From assembly GCF_009914755.1 (NCBI RefSeq), contig NC_060926.1: 64,000 nt of DNA; one strand, 5' to 3'. Positions within the stretch are counted from its first letter, which is position 1, and each line of letters opens with the position of its first letter. A model generated the notes under the pieces. The model was not told where the DNA came from. It saw nothing but the letters and a program-made list of their open reading frames with translations, and searched no databases. This DNA comes from the human T2T-CHM13v2.0 reference genome, Homo sapiens. This document shows, in pieces, positions 15,069-28,610 of this stretch. Position numbers and translations under genes: made by a program.

Positions 15069-15118
15069 TGTGCAAACAAAATGCAAATAAGATCTGTGCA
15101 AACAAAATGCAAATAAGA
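15069..15118. repeat. Exact 24-bp tandem duplication, each copy containing ATGCAAAT
   Basis: tgtgcaaacaaaatgcaaataaga tc tgtgcaaacaaaatgcaaataaga. Confidence 0.95.
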
Positions 15119-15134
15119 AGGTCAATTCTCCCAA

Positions 15135-15375
15135 GATAGGGATCTTTTCAAGCCATTGAAAGGATTTTTTTTCCCCCAGGGGAGTAGCATGTTCGAAATT
15201 GTGCTTTAGGGAGATTTATCACGAAACTATGTGTAGGAAGGAAGGAAGTGGAGGAGTCTAATTGGGGAAACTGGTTAAAGAATCATGGCAGTAGTTTAGA
15301 TAAGCTTGTGAGGTTTTGCTGGTATGGATTGGAGTAGTGTTCAGGAGAAGGGAGATGAGACGGGTACAAAAACAT
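15135..15375 (-). mobile_element. L2 fragment
   Basis: agccattgaaaggatttt...aggggagtagcatgttcgaaattgtgctttagggagat...ggcagtagtttaga. Confidence 0.6.
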
Positions 15376-15879
15376 TAAGCCTGATATATGTTAAATATAT
15401 CTTGCATTCCTCTCCACCTCACTCAAATTTGATCTGCAAGCCCAGCCATGCTTGAATATCCAGGGCAACTTCCAGCCAGAGACTGGAGATGCTTACCCAC
15501 TAATGATACCATCTGATGGCTGTACCCTCAGCCATTCTCACTGCTAGTGCTATGGGTGTGAACACTTGGAGTTCTCTAGACAGCCCATCTGCAGCATTTT
15601 GCTATGCCCTCCATCTGAAGTTCTTTCCCCTCATTGCTGGGGCTTACTCATAATTCCAGAACATGGTTGAACATTGTCTCCTCTTTGTAGCCTCACATAA
15701 TACCTCCATGTCGCAGAGCTTGACTATCTCCTCTTTTGGGTGCATCTGAATCTTATCTGGATTTGGCACTTATCACACGGAATTGCACTTATATTTAAAC
15801 TCTCCACTGTGAGGACCCATAGTGGGTAGTTGGTAAATATTCCTTAAACGGTTAAATTCGGATCACTAAAGGTCCATTC

Positions 15880-16175
15880 TTTTTGTTTTTTTTGAGACGG
15901 AGTCTTGCTCTTTAGCCCAGGCTGGAGTGCAGTGGCGCCCCTCTCGGCACACTGCAAGCTCCGCCTCCCGGGTTCACGCCATTCTCCTGCCTCAGCCTCC
16001 CGAGTAGCTGGGACTACAGGTGCCTGCCACCTCGCCCGGCTAATTTTTTATGTTTTTAGTAGAGACGGTGTTTCACCGTGTTAGCCAGGATGGTCTCAAT
16101 CTCCTGACCTTGTGATCTACCTGCCTCGGCCTCCCAAAGTGCTGGGATTACAGGCGTGAGCCACTGCGCCTGGCC
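15880..16175 (-). mobile_element. AluY
   Basis: AluY diagnostics ctgcaagctccgcctcccgggttcacgccattc and accgtgttagccaggatgg; many CpGs retained. Confidence 0.95.
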
Positions 16176-18929
16176 AAATTCATTCTTATTCTTGGACTCT
16201 AACTTCCCTGCCTTATAACATGGTTCTTAAAACTGACCTGCCTTCACCCCTATTCCTGAGTTTCTCTTGTGCTAATTGCTGAGTAACACAATCATATCCA
16301 AAGGCTGTTGGTCTGCGCTGTCTTACTGCACCCTTCCCTTATGATTGTCGGGACCCTGGCTGAACTCTGCTGGTGTCAGCCCTGCCACTTGTCCACAGAC
16401 CAACCATGAACCATGTGACCAACCATGTGACAACTCTCAAGTTTTGCCTGCTCTAGATAACTGATGGCTCAATTCCTAGTCCCTCCCTGCCAACCCACTC
16501 ACTACCTGGTTTATAGCTGGAGTACCCTGCACCCCTTGATCTCATACTTGTTCAGCAGGCTGAACTTCTGCCACCAGCAGCTAGACCTCTTCTTGCCTTT
16601 GTTTCTCTCTCCAACCCTGCCTCTCTGGTATATTACTGATGGTGCCCTGCAGCATGTCAATATAGGCTTGATGGATTCCAATGGCTTTGGGAACAGCTTG
16701 GATTTTAAAGGAAGGCAGGCAATTGTGGGACCGGAGTCAAAAGCTAACTGAGGCTAACTGGGTGATCAAGAACATGGAGATGGCATAGAGGAAAGAAAGC
16801 ACTAAGAGGAAATTTTTTAGGAAAGAAGAAAATAAATTCAGCTTTTAAGTGTGGATGATGAGTAGTTTGGGATATACCCAGGGGTGTTATTAAAATATTG
16901 AATGAGGTATAAAATGGCATCAACCAATCAACACAGATGCCAATGTTAGCTTATATAGGTACTTGTCAGTTCAGGATATATGATGTGGGCTGGAGGGAGC
17001 TGGCAGAACAAAGTACTGGAAGGTCACAGTGCTCTTTAGCCTGGGCCAGAGTCAATAAATGCCAGGTAAACTTCCCATCTGAACGTCAATCGTCTTTTTC
17101 CTTGCCCCTCCCTCCAATGGTCAGACTGTGTCTATATATGCCAGTGGGTGGTAGTCTTAACTTTTTTTCACTCCCTCATTAACCTGTAGATAGTTTATCT
17201 TAAGATTACCTCCAGACTCCTAGTTAAAGCACTCTGTTAAACTCATCCTTGTACCACTTTTTATCACTTTGTTAGAGCATGGCCAGCCCTCTTCCCTTTA
17301 GCACAGAAAGCCCTCTTTTATCCTCACAAGCAAGAGAGGGCTGACTGCTATGGATTTATGCAAATTCCGTTTTTAACCTGCCAGCCAAAGAATAGGAGAC
17401 AGATTAATTCTTAAGATGTTTTTTAGCTTTTGAATTTTGCGTTCCGGGGAGGATGTTTTTGATTTTTTCTTTTTGGCACATTTGAGTTAGAAATAAAGAT
17501 AGAAAGTTAATTGTTAGCTCTGGGCATTCAAAGAAGATGAGGATTTTTGCCCACCCTGCTTAGAAAAGACAAACTTATTGCCTAAGGATTTAACACTAGA
17601 TTAGTAGCTTCTGATTCAAATTGAAAACATAATCAATGTCAAATAACCAAATTGGTTGCATTAGGGGTCACTCATTAGAGAGAGCAGAGAATTCGCACAG
17701 TTAATGGGAAAATCTCTTCTAGCAGGGCAAGAAAAAATGCTGGATTCTAGTTTCACTTCTGCTAGAGTCATACTGGGAACTTTGGAGTATGAAACTTTGA
17801 TTTTCCCAGATTCCTTCACTTCTAGCATTGATCAAGGAGATATGCAAATTTGCTTCCTCTTTTACCCCCACAGGTGTGCAGGAGGTTTGTATAGTGGGAA
17901 AACACTAGCTTGTGTAGCTATAAGCCTCTGTCCTTTTAGCTGGTTTAATGGGTATAAGAAGCATTGATAGTGGGGCTGTTTCTCATGCAAGGCAGTCTCT
18001 TGCTTATTCAGTTGAGACAGACTGCCACCTCAGAATCTCTGGGTCTTGACTCTGCCGTGAGATTTGCCAAGTGGTGACATAAACACCCACTCAAACGTCT
18101 GTGAAATGTCTGCCTCTGAGTGTTCCCTTTGATTCATCTCCCACCCCATCCCCTGACACTCATTTCCTGACTGACCTTGCTCCAATCCCAGGAGCAAGCT
18201 TTCTGGCCTTGATCCTGGGCTGGTAGAATCAGCCACCTCCTCTGAATGTCCAAAATGCTCCACTTGGCCAGCCTCTCACTCCTAGAGTGGCAGCAAGGAG
18301 TTGGAGGTGTATCACCTCTTAGTGATCTTCCTAAGAATGCACTTTACCTGGCATTAGACCCAGGGTTATCTGGAAGGAATGATATGTTGGCTAGTTACTG
18401 CATTTATATAGATAAGTTTAGTGTTTCTCAGTGTTTTGAGATATATTCTTTATGGTTAAAATTGACTTTCATGAGAAAAACCCTACCCATTCTCTGCCTT
18501 TAATGATGCCTAGGTTTTTCCCTACCTTGGAATGTAAATCTTTGCTTCACCTCATTGCCTTTTCAAGCCACTGCATTAACGCAGTCACCTTTCACTGCCA
18601 AATTCCTGAACAGGTGAAATGTCCTGGTTATGTTAATTTCTTCATCACCAATTCTCATATTAAGCCTTTGCAATCTGGTTTGCACTCCCACCAGACAACT
18701 GAAATGACTTTTTTTCCTGGCCTTTATGCCAGTCCCATGTCATTTTCTCAGTTATTACCCCATCAAATCTCTTGGAAGTACTTGATACTGTTGATTTTCT
18801 TTTTCTCCTTAAAAATTTGTCCAAGGCTCTGTCTCTATAATACTGAATTTTTGCTTCACCTCTTTAACTCTTCCTTCACTCTGTGGTGACACTGCTTTTC
18901 TCCTGTTGACCATCAACCTATGGCTTTTT

Positions 18930-19852
18930 CCTTTATTTTTCATTTATTTTTAATTTTTGTGGGTACATAATAGGTGTATATATTTATCGGTTACATGATA
19001 TGTTTTGATACAGGAATGCAATGCATAATAATCATGCCATGGAGAATGGAGTGTCCATCCCCTTACGCATGTATTCTTTGTGTTACAAGCAATCCGATTA
19101 CACTCTTATAGTTATTTTTAAATGTACAATTAAGTTATTTTTGACTACAGTCACCTAGTTGTGCTATCAAATACTAGGTCTTATTCATTCTTTCTAACTA
19201 TTTTTTGTACCCATTAACCCTACTTGTCACAACTTCCCACTACCCTTCCCAGCCCCTGCTAACCATCCTTCTACTCTCTATCTCCATGAGTTCAATTATT
19301 TTGATTTTTGAGCTTTCACAAATAAGTAAGAACATGTGAAGTTTGTCTTTCTGACTTACTTAACTTAACATCATGACCTCCAGGTTCATCCATGTTGTTG
19401 CAAATGACAGGATCTCATTCTTTTTTATGGCTGAATAGTACTCCACGTATATATGTACCACATTTTCTTTATTCATTCATATGTTAATGGACGCTTAGGT
19501 TGCTTCCAAATCTTGGCTACTGTGAACAGTGCTGCAACAAACATGGGAGGGCAGATATCTCTTTAGTATACTGATTTCCTTTCTTTTGGGTATATATTCA
19601 ACACTGGGATCACTGGATCATATGGTAGTTCTATTTTTAGTTTTTTGAAGAACCTCCAAACTGTTCTTCATAGTGGTTGTGCTAATTTATATTTCTACCA
19701 ATAGTGTATGAGGGTTCCCTTTTTTCCGGTCCTTGCCAGCATCTGTTATTGCCTCTCTTTTGGATAAAAGCCATTTTAACTGGGGTGAGATATAGTTTTG
19801 ATTTACATTTCTCTGATGATCAATGATGTTGAGCACCTTCTCATATGCCTGT
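18930..19852 (-). mobile_element. L1MA (L1MA2/3-like) 3' end
   Basis: aatttttgtgggtacataataggtgtatatatttat...caggatctcattctttttatggctgaatagtactcc...gttgagcacc. Confidence 0.9.
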
Positions 19853-20047
19853 TACCAAGGCTTTGTTCTTGACCCTGTGCCCATCCATTCTCAAAATTAA
19901 AGTCGTATCAAAATGGTGGTAACTCCCTATAAATGCTTTAAACTCTGACCTCTCACATAAAACCTTATTCCTTATAATGAGCTACCTACTAGTCATTTCC
20001 ACTTGGATATCCAGTCTCCTTCCCAGGTTCTCTATTGCAGGAAACAA

Positions 20048-20260
20048 ACTGACTGGGTTTAAATCTGGGATTTAATCAATCACTTATTGGTTGTGAGACT
20101 CTGGGGAAAGTGACTTTATATTGCCTCAGTTTCCTCAACTTGAGAATAGGATGGTGATGGTGGTAATAGAGTCTACCTAAGTGGATTTAATAAATAATAT
20201 ATGGGAAGTTGGTTTCGCACAACACCTGGGTGCCATATTAAGTATTAAAAAATATTATCA
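20048..20260 (+). mobile_element. MIR
   Basis: ctgggtttaaatc...gcctcagtttcctcaacttgagaatagg...acaacacctgg. Confidence 0.7.
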
Positions 20261-21279
20261 TCTACAATTCTGCTTTCTTTTTAATTCTTACATCTAGTAA
20301 TTCACCAAGTCATTTTTCTTTCTTTTTAGTAGTCGCTCTAGTTTCCATCTCTGCTTCATTTCTATTACCTTTTGAATTAATCTTTACAGGGCCTTAGTGC
20401 TACAACACCAGAACCTCTTTGCTGTGTGTTGTATCACTTATTAGGCTGCTTCACAGTTCAAAAAGTTTACCCACTATCAATGAATCACATTAGAATTCTT
20501 CAACTAGATATCTAAGGCTAAGCATCAATTGTTCTTGCTTTGGGGCTCACCTTGAACTCTTGCTACTTAATATATACTCCAGCTACTTAGTATGTAAACT
20601 TCTGCTCCATCAAGTCAATCAACTTTCCTGTCCTTGGAAATGCCATGCCATTTCCACTACCTGAGAATGCCATTTAAATGGCAATACTTGCCTAGGTAAG
20701 GGAGGTAGGGGAGAGGTGACATAAGCCCTGTGTATTTGCCATCCTTGATACTTCTTACAAGTAAATCTTAAATTCATTGATTTTGAAGAAAGAAAAGGAA
20801 CCTTTTGAAAGTCTTGGAAACAGAAAACAAAGCTCAAGAGGGCATAAAATGTATAAAAACAAGAAGTACCCTGTTCATATTATGATTCACTACACTTGCT
20901 AATGGAAGATATTGTTTAATTAACTGACCACCTACAGTGTGCCAGATATTATACAGTGAATACAACTAGCCTGTTTTCCTCCAGATGCCATCCAACCACG
21001 CTTTTCAATATCAAGACAAAGGACTGCATAGCACACTATGACTTCTAGGTCCTCTTTAGTAGGAAAAAATTAGTTCCCAGATTATATACCATAAGATTCA
21101 TTGCCAAACCCACTGAGCTAACATTTGGGTGGTAATTATTAAACACCATATGCTTATTGAGCTCGTAATATATTAAAAGCACTGTTTTAGTTCTGTGGGA
21201 AACCCCAAAGAAAAATAAAACATGTCACTGAACTCTATGTGTTCTTGACTTGGCAGTATTTTCAGTGCTGTATATATTT

Positions 21280-22240
21280 TTTCAAAAATTAATTTTTATG
21301 AAATACATCTACAAAGTTAAAAATGTGGAATACTCTTATAAGATAAAATAAAAATGGCATTTTCTTTTTTCATACCTCCCTGAGTTTCCTTACCCAAGGG
21401 CAACCACATTCAAGTCTTGTAGGTTTTTGTTGAGCTACTTAAGTCAATATTTTAAAATAATATTTCTTGACTTTTTGATTCTTGAAAAATGAAAATTTAG
21501 CCCTCTCTTATTACCCCCAAACTCTGCTACTTCCCACCTTCCTTTTTATAAGAAATTATATTGTAATTTTTGGTACAATTGTCAGAGTTTATATTACTGT
21601 ACTTATATAAACATTGTTTGCCTTTACTAAATAGTATATTAAGATTACAATTCCTTATACAACTTTCGTTTTTTAAATAGTTAATAATTACCTCATTTTG
21701 TCATTTAGAAAATTGTCTACACTTCTAATTTTAAAAACTATAAAATCTTAATGCTGTTGAACATATTAAATAATCTATATAGTTTTGTCCCTGATCACAC
21801 CTCTACCCTTGGGAACTCTCTCTTGTACTTTTTGATTCTTGTGTTCCAGTCTGGACTGGCAGCTCTCTAAGTTTTCTGAAGAGCTGCCATCTTTGAAAAT
21901 CCCTTTATCTTTCTCTTGAGTTAGGTCCCATGTTTACATCTTTCTTGATTTACTCAATTGTTTTGGTTTGTTTATTTTTGTTTGTTTCTTTGAAGACATT
22001 CCTTATTACCTTCCTGGGAAGGGCTTCATGAGAATACATTTTTGAGATATCTTTTTTTTGTAGCTTCAAACTTGAGTGGTAGCTTGGCTGGGTATAAAAC
22101 TTTAATTAGAAATCATTGTTTTTATAAAACTTTGAAAGCATTGCTCCATTGTCCTTCATCTTTCAATGTTGCTGATAATAATTCCAAAAATGTGTTGACA
22201 GCATTTCTCCATTGTTATTACTTCTTGCTTTTTCTTTAAC
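21280..22240 (-). mobile_element. HAL1 / old L1 ORF1-type relic
   Basis: gggcaaccacattcaa; aaaatgaaaatttagccctctc; ttggctgggtataaaa...ttgaaagcattgctccattgtc. Confidence 0.6.
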
Positions 22241-22539
22241 TTTGTGACTTTTTGTTAACTTTGAAAAACATATTTAACTTTAGTTTTGGGGATGGTTGGA
22301 GATAATTGCATACATTCAAGATTGCATTTTTACCCAGGTGTCTTCAGTGTCATATTAATTTAGAAACACTGAACTATATCATTGTGTAGAGTTCATTTTT
22401 GAGTAAATCACAGAGAAACGCTCTGAGATGACCATGTACTGATTATTTACGGACTATTAATGTCACATGCTTCCTCTTCCTGCCTTGTATTTGAAATTAA
22501 TTGTCCCTTTCTCAGTGCATTCTATGCCTTTTTCACGAC

Positions 22540-22838
22540 TTTTTTTTTTTTTTGATACAGGATCTCACTTTGTCATTCAGGTTGGAGTGTGGTGGCATGA
22601 TCATGGCTCATCACTGCAACCTCTGCTTCCCAAGCTCAAAAGATCCTCACACCTCAGCCTCCTGAGTAGCTGAGACTACAGGCACACACCATCACACCTG
22701 GCTAATTTTTGTATTTTTTGTAGCAATGGAGTCTTGCTTTGTTACCCAGGCTGGTCTTGAATTCCTGAACTCAAGTAATCTGCTGGCCTCGGTCTCCCAA
22801 AGTGCTGGGATTACAGGCATGCACCACCAAGCCCAGTC
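22540..22838 (-). mobile_element. AluJ
   Basis: Diverged Alu dimer; TSD-like cctttttca..acttt on both sides. Confidence 0.93.
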
Positions 22839-22914
22839 TCCTTTTTCATCACTTTCAGCATAAAGCTAATCATGCCATTTATGACATTTTAAGAATGTAT
22901 CTGTATCTACTAAT

Positions 22915-23280
22915 ATTTTTAAGCATCTTTATTGAGATATAATTTAAATACCATATTTATCTAAATGTACAGTTACATTTTAAAAAATATGTCCACAGAA
23001 GTGGGCAACCATCGCCACAATCTGTTTTATTATCCTCAAACAAAACCATGTATATGTTAGCAGAAAGTTCCCATTTTCCCTTCCCTCTTGCTCCTACATC
23101 CATTAATCTGCTTTCAGTCACTATAGATTTGCCTATTCTGGAAATTTCACATAAATAAAAGCATATGATCTGTGGTCTTATGTGACTGGTTTCTTTTACT
23201 GTATATAGTGGTTTTCAAGGTCTATCTGTGTTGTAGTAGTTACCAGTAGTTCATTCTTTTTTATTGCTAAATTGGACTAC
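22915..23280 (-). mobile_element. L1MB/ME 3' end
   Basis: ctttattgagatataattt...tatagatttgcctattctggaaatttcacataaat...gtgactggtttcttttact. Confidence 0.85.
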
Positions 23281-24140
23281 ATTTTAAGCTCTCTAAAGAT
23301 AGGTCTCTTTTCATGTTTGAATGTTTAACACCTAGCATAATAACTAGGAGCTATATTGTCTTACATGTTTGTTTATTAAATAGATAGATGGCTAATTCTA
23401 TTTTCAAATCTGCCCTCATGGTCCTACTTCCAAAACTTTTATTTGACCATGACCACATATTTTCTTAAAGTTTCATATTTCAAAAAAGTTTAATTAAGAT
23501 TTGGACAGAAAAGGAAAGTATTCTAAATATAGATAATCCTTAATTCACAGTGGAATAACATACTAGCCCCAACTACCTTCTTTATACCTTATACCTTCAT
23601 TAGTGATTTCCAGTCTCTAAATCAGTCATTTAATGAAGTTCACAGTCACTGACCAGGATAAGATTGGAGCAAATAACTGTTTTTTTTAGCCTGTTTCTAG
23701 AATAAAGGAGATGCCCTTGGTCACCTAAACTAATATGATAATTTAGTTTTGTGGAACTCTACTCCGATTCAGCCCCGTCATGTTTTTCCCTGAGAGCACT
23801 AAGTATTTCTCCTTTCAATCCTTTGGTTACTCTGAAACCAAACAGAATTTGGTCAAGGCTGGGACATAGGCATTTTTTCCAGTGTTCTGCCAAAAATAGG
23901 GTCAAATGTTTGTGGGCTCCTCTAATTCTATCTCATTGTCCAGTCAACATTTGAAAGGCAGAGAACTGTGCTGAGACTCGTAAACTGTGCTTTTCTGGTT
24001 CCCCCCAAGCCTTGCACACTCAAAAGAAAATACCCACACACAATGGTTTGGGAAACCCTCCAACTTCAATATCTAAGAACGATTTAAGAGTTCAGGTGGA
24101 AGAAGGAGGGATAGAATACCTCAAACTTATCTTTCTGTGA

Positions 24141-24502
<362 letters not shown>

Positions 24503-24870
24503 CTGTGATTCTAGTCTTACAAGTCCTAACATATAATACTAAAACATGCGGAAAGAAGTGGTAGGATGGATATGAATTGAACAGATACTAAAAATTAAAC
24601 TCATATCTATTTGTGGGTTATAGCTTCTATCTTTGACTTATATATTTATGATTTCAGAAACAAGAATTTAATTTTTAAAACTAGTTTCATGGGCTCGAAT
24701 TGTTTTTGAACAGCTGGACATCTTTTATAGTAGCACTAAAGATGATGTTTCTCCTTCACAGCCAGAGACTGGGGGTGTGTGTCTTTCAGATTGATGTTAA
24801 CTCAAACATTTTTTTCTGAACACATACATACATATATGCACACACATGCATGCATGCACACAGTATTTTT

Positions 24871-25572
24871 ATTTTTATTTATTTATTATACTTTAAGTTC
24901 TAGGGTACATGTGCACAACATGCAGGTTTGTTACATAGGTATATATGTGCCATGTTGGTTTGCTGCACCCATCAAATCATCATTTACATTAGGTATTTCT
25001 CCTAATGCCATCCCTCCCCCTGCCCCCCACTCCACGACAGGCCTGGGGATGTGATGTACCCCACCCTGTGTCCAAGTGTTGTCATTGTTCAATTCCCACC
25101 TATGAGTGAGAACATGCAGTGTTTGGTTTTCTGTCCTTGTGATAGTTTGCTCAGAATGATGGTTCCCAGCTGCATCCATGTCCCTGCAAAAGGACATGAA
25201 CTCATCCTTTTTTATGGCCATGTAGTAGTCCATGGTGTATATGTGTCACATTTTCTTAATCCAGTCTATCATTGATGGACATTTGGGTTGGTTCCAAGTC
25301 GTTGTTATTGTGAATAATGCCACAGTAAACATACGCGTGCATGTGTCTTTATAGTAGCATGATTTATAACCCTTTGGGTATATACCCAGTAATGGGATTG
25401 CTGGGTCAAATGGTATTTCTAGTTCTAGATCCTTGAGGAATCATCACTCTGTCTTCCATTATGGTTGAACTAGTTTGCACTCCCACCAACAGTGTAAAAG
25501 CGTTCCTATTTCTCCACATCCTCTCCAGCATCTGTTGTTTCCTGACTTTTTAATGGTCGCCATTCTAACTGG
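24871..25572 (-). mobile_element. 5'-truncated L1PA (PA5-7-like) with perfect 16-bp TSD
   Basis: L1 3'UTR and ORF2 end; TSD tgcacacagtattttt at 24855 and 25573. Confidence 0.96.
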
Positions 25573-26432
25573 TGCACACAGTATTTTTTTTAAAGCTAAA
25601 TCTTTTTTTCTGACTTCAAGAGCTGTGAAAAAGCTGTAAATGCCCCCTGTAGGGAAGCTCAAACCCAACAATGCAAACATCTGACTTTATCCTTATGTTT
25701 CTTCCTCAAAAAGATGAGAACACAGGGGAAAGTTTACCTATTTTTATCCATGAAACAAGGTCACTAAATATGTTATGTCAGTCAAATCAAAGCCCCATCT
25801 TTAAAAATGTTTCTGTGTAATCTATAACGTGCTTTTGCTAGAACTTAAGAGTGACATGAGTTCTGTAACTTATTTCCCTAGTTGGTGATAAGGGTCTGAA
25901 TTTTTGGTTGACATTTCTGAAATACAGCTGCTGGAGCACTAGCATTCTGATTCAGAAATCTGACTACATTAGAAGAAAATTAACCTTTCAAAAAGCCACT
26001 GTTCTAAGGAATGATTTTAATCAAATGAGCTTTAAATGTTGTACCTGCATTTAGAATTTTTGGAGAGATTGCAACTCCCCAGTGATCTATCTACTTTTTG
26101 AAGACGAAGAAAAAAAACAAATTTATGATAAAAATAACTATGAAAGTTGTAAAGAGCATCATAAATGAAACTAGGTTGCTTTAACTGAAATGGTTTTTAT
26201 AGTAGCACCAGATTCAGAAATGAAAGAAACTGACTTTATTTTAAATAGTTTGATACCTTCAAAGAAAAATAGCAGGTTGTATTAATATCTTGTCAATTGT
26301 ATGTTTTCTGTTGAAATATCTCATGAAACACTTACTTATTGATTTATTTGCTATTTGACAGGTACTTCCACTGTGCTAAACATAAACATGGAGGGTGGGG
26401 ATAGGGAGCTGTTGCAGGAAGTATCAGATCTA

Positions 26433-26808
<376 letters not shown>

Positions 26809-26993
26809 TTATAGTGCACTTTCAGTCTACAAACTCAAGTATGCAAGATATATTTTTTTACTCCCCCTTTTACTTTCTCTCATTTAACTTAATATGATAT
26901 CCAAGTCTTGATCTTACCAATTTGTGGGAAATTTCACCTCAGGAATTCTTGGTGATCCTTCTCATTCTGGGGTCGGGTTGAGATTTAAGGGCT

Positions 26994-27438
26994 TGTTATG
27001 GGTTGAATTATCTCCCCCATGAAGATATGTTGAAGTCCTCACCTGCAGTACCTTACAATGTGACCTTACTTGGAAATAGGGTCATTACAGACATAACTAT
27101 TTAAGATAAGATTATAATGGAGTAGTGTGGGCCTTTAATCCATATGACTGGTGTCCTTATAAGAGGAGGAATGGGACGTAGAGAAGACAGCCTTATGACA
27201 ATGGGGACAGAGATTGCTGTGATGCATCTACAAACCAAGGAATACCAAGAATTGCCAGCATCACCAGAAGCTAGGAAGAGGCAAGGAAGGATTCTCCTTG
27301 TAGGTTTCAGAGGGAACATGGCCCTGCCAACCTGCTGATCTCAGACTGCTGGCTTCCAGAACTGTGATACAATAATTGTCTGTCATAAGCCAGCCAGTTT
27401 GTGGTACTTTGTAATGGCAGCCATAGCAAACTAATTCA
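26994..27438 (+). mobile_element. MLT1C-like solo LTR
   Basis: tgttatgggttgaatt...ccagaagctaggaagaggcaaggaaggattctcc...gcaaactaattca; TG...CA termini. Confidence 0.9.
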
Positions 27439-28004
27439 GAGCCTTATACCATGTAAGAAACAAGGGGTGGGGGTGGCAGTGTGTCTGAGCTGTCATCTTC
27501 TGGCCACATAGATAATGCTAAATAGGCCATTGTCCCTGTTCACATGCTTGGGACTCAGGTAGTTTTTAGAAGCAAGAACATCCAGAACCTCTGATCTTTT
27601 TGCCTGGAATATCAAGTGGCCAGCTTCAGGCTCTTACACATCCTGGAGTACTGGCTTATGCCTTCCTTACTTCCTTTCCTAGCCCAGGGATGATTTTTAA
27701 TATTTGGGGAATGGGGGTAGCCCCTTTCTTCTGTCTGCTTTTGTAGATTACCCTTTTTTTTTTCCTTTTAAAATTTATGTCCCTTCTTAACTTTGGCTTT
27801 CTAGTCTTATACATTCTCCTGAGGGATTAGGCTTTTGAAAAACAGCAGGAGGAAGCCTTTCTCTGTTTTCTATCCCTGAGATAATGAAGCTACAATCAAG
27901 GGAGGAAAGCCTGATACAGACAGACTGGAGAAGGAGGAAGTGGAAACACAAGGAGGAAAAGCCTTGGAGCAATTATCAAACTAATATCCAGCCACAAAAT
28001 TATT

Positions 28005-28136
28005 GTTTTTATTATTTTTTAGAGACAGGGTATCACCATGTTGCCCAGGCTGGTGTTGAACTCCTGAGCTCAAGCAATCGCCCACCTCAGCCTCCTGAAG
28101 TGCTGGGATTGCAGGTGTGAGCCCCCACACCTGGCC
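28005..28136 (-). mobile_element. FLAM_C / Alu monomer
   Basis: Single Alu left arm; TSD cacaaaattatt. Confidence 0.9.
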
Positions 28137-28459
28137 TGAGACACAAAATTATTAACAGGACTACATTAAATTTTCCAATGGCTTTTTAAACTATTGACCC
28201 AGCTTTCTTACGTCCTGACAATAAATTAAATTTATCAGATTGGGGATGATCAAGAGAGTGGTCTTTAATGCAGTTTCAGGGATGAGGAAACATTGATGGA
28301 TCTCTCCAAGATTCTATTTTAGGAAAAATTTTTGCATGAATATTGACTGACTCAACCATATATATTACTGATGACCAGATGATGCATCTGTTGATTTCTA
28401 AGACAAGCAATGTAACCAGACCCAACAAATGAAGAGCCAATTATCTTGACCTTCTAAGT

Positions 28460-28610
28460 CAGTGATCCAAACCTAGCTCAGAATCATTAAGGCTCTTATA
28501 AAAAATAAAAACCCAGACTCACTCCTGGACATTGCCATCTGGAGGAACGCCAGGCAATCTGTAGTTTTTAAAAGTTCCTGGGTGACTTTGGCCAATCTGG
28601 AGAAGCACCA
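28460..28610. mobile_element. MER5-like relic
   Basis: cagaatca...aatctgtagtttttaaaagttcctgggtgact. Confidence 0.5.

Larger units (their letters stand above)
18600..20680 (+). mobile_element. Fragmented L2, interrupted by L1MA and MIR
   Basis: tgcaatctggtttgcactcccacc; ctctgacctctc; atttccacttggatatcc; aattcaccaagtc; L2 text resumes after each insert. Confidence 0.55.
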
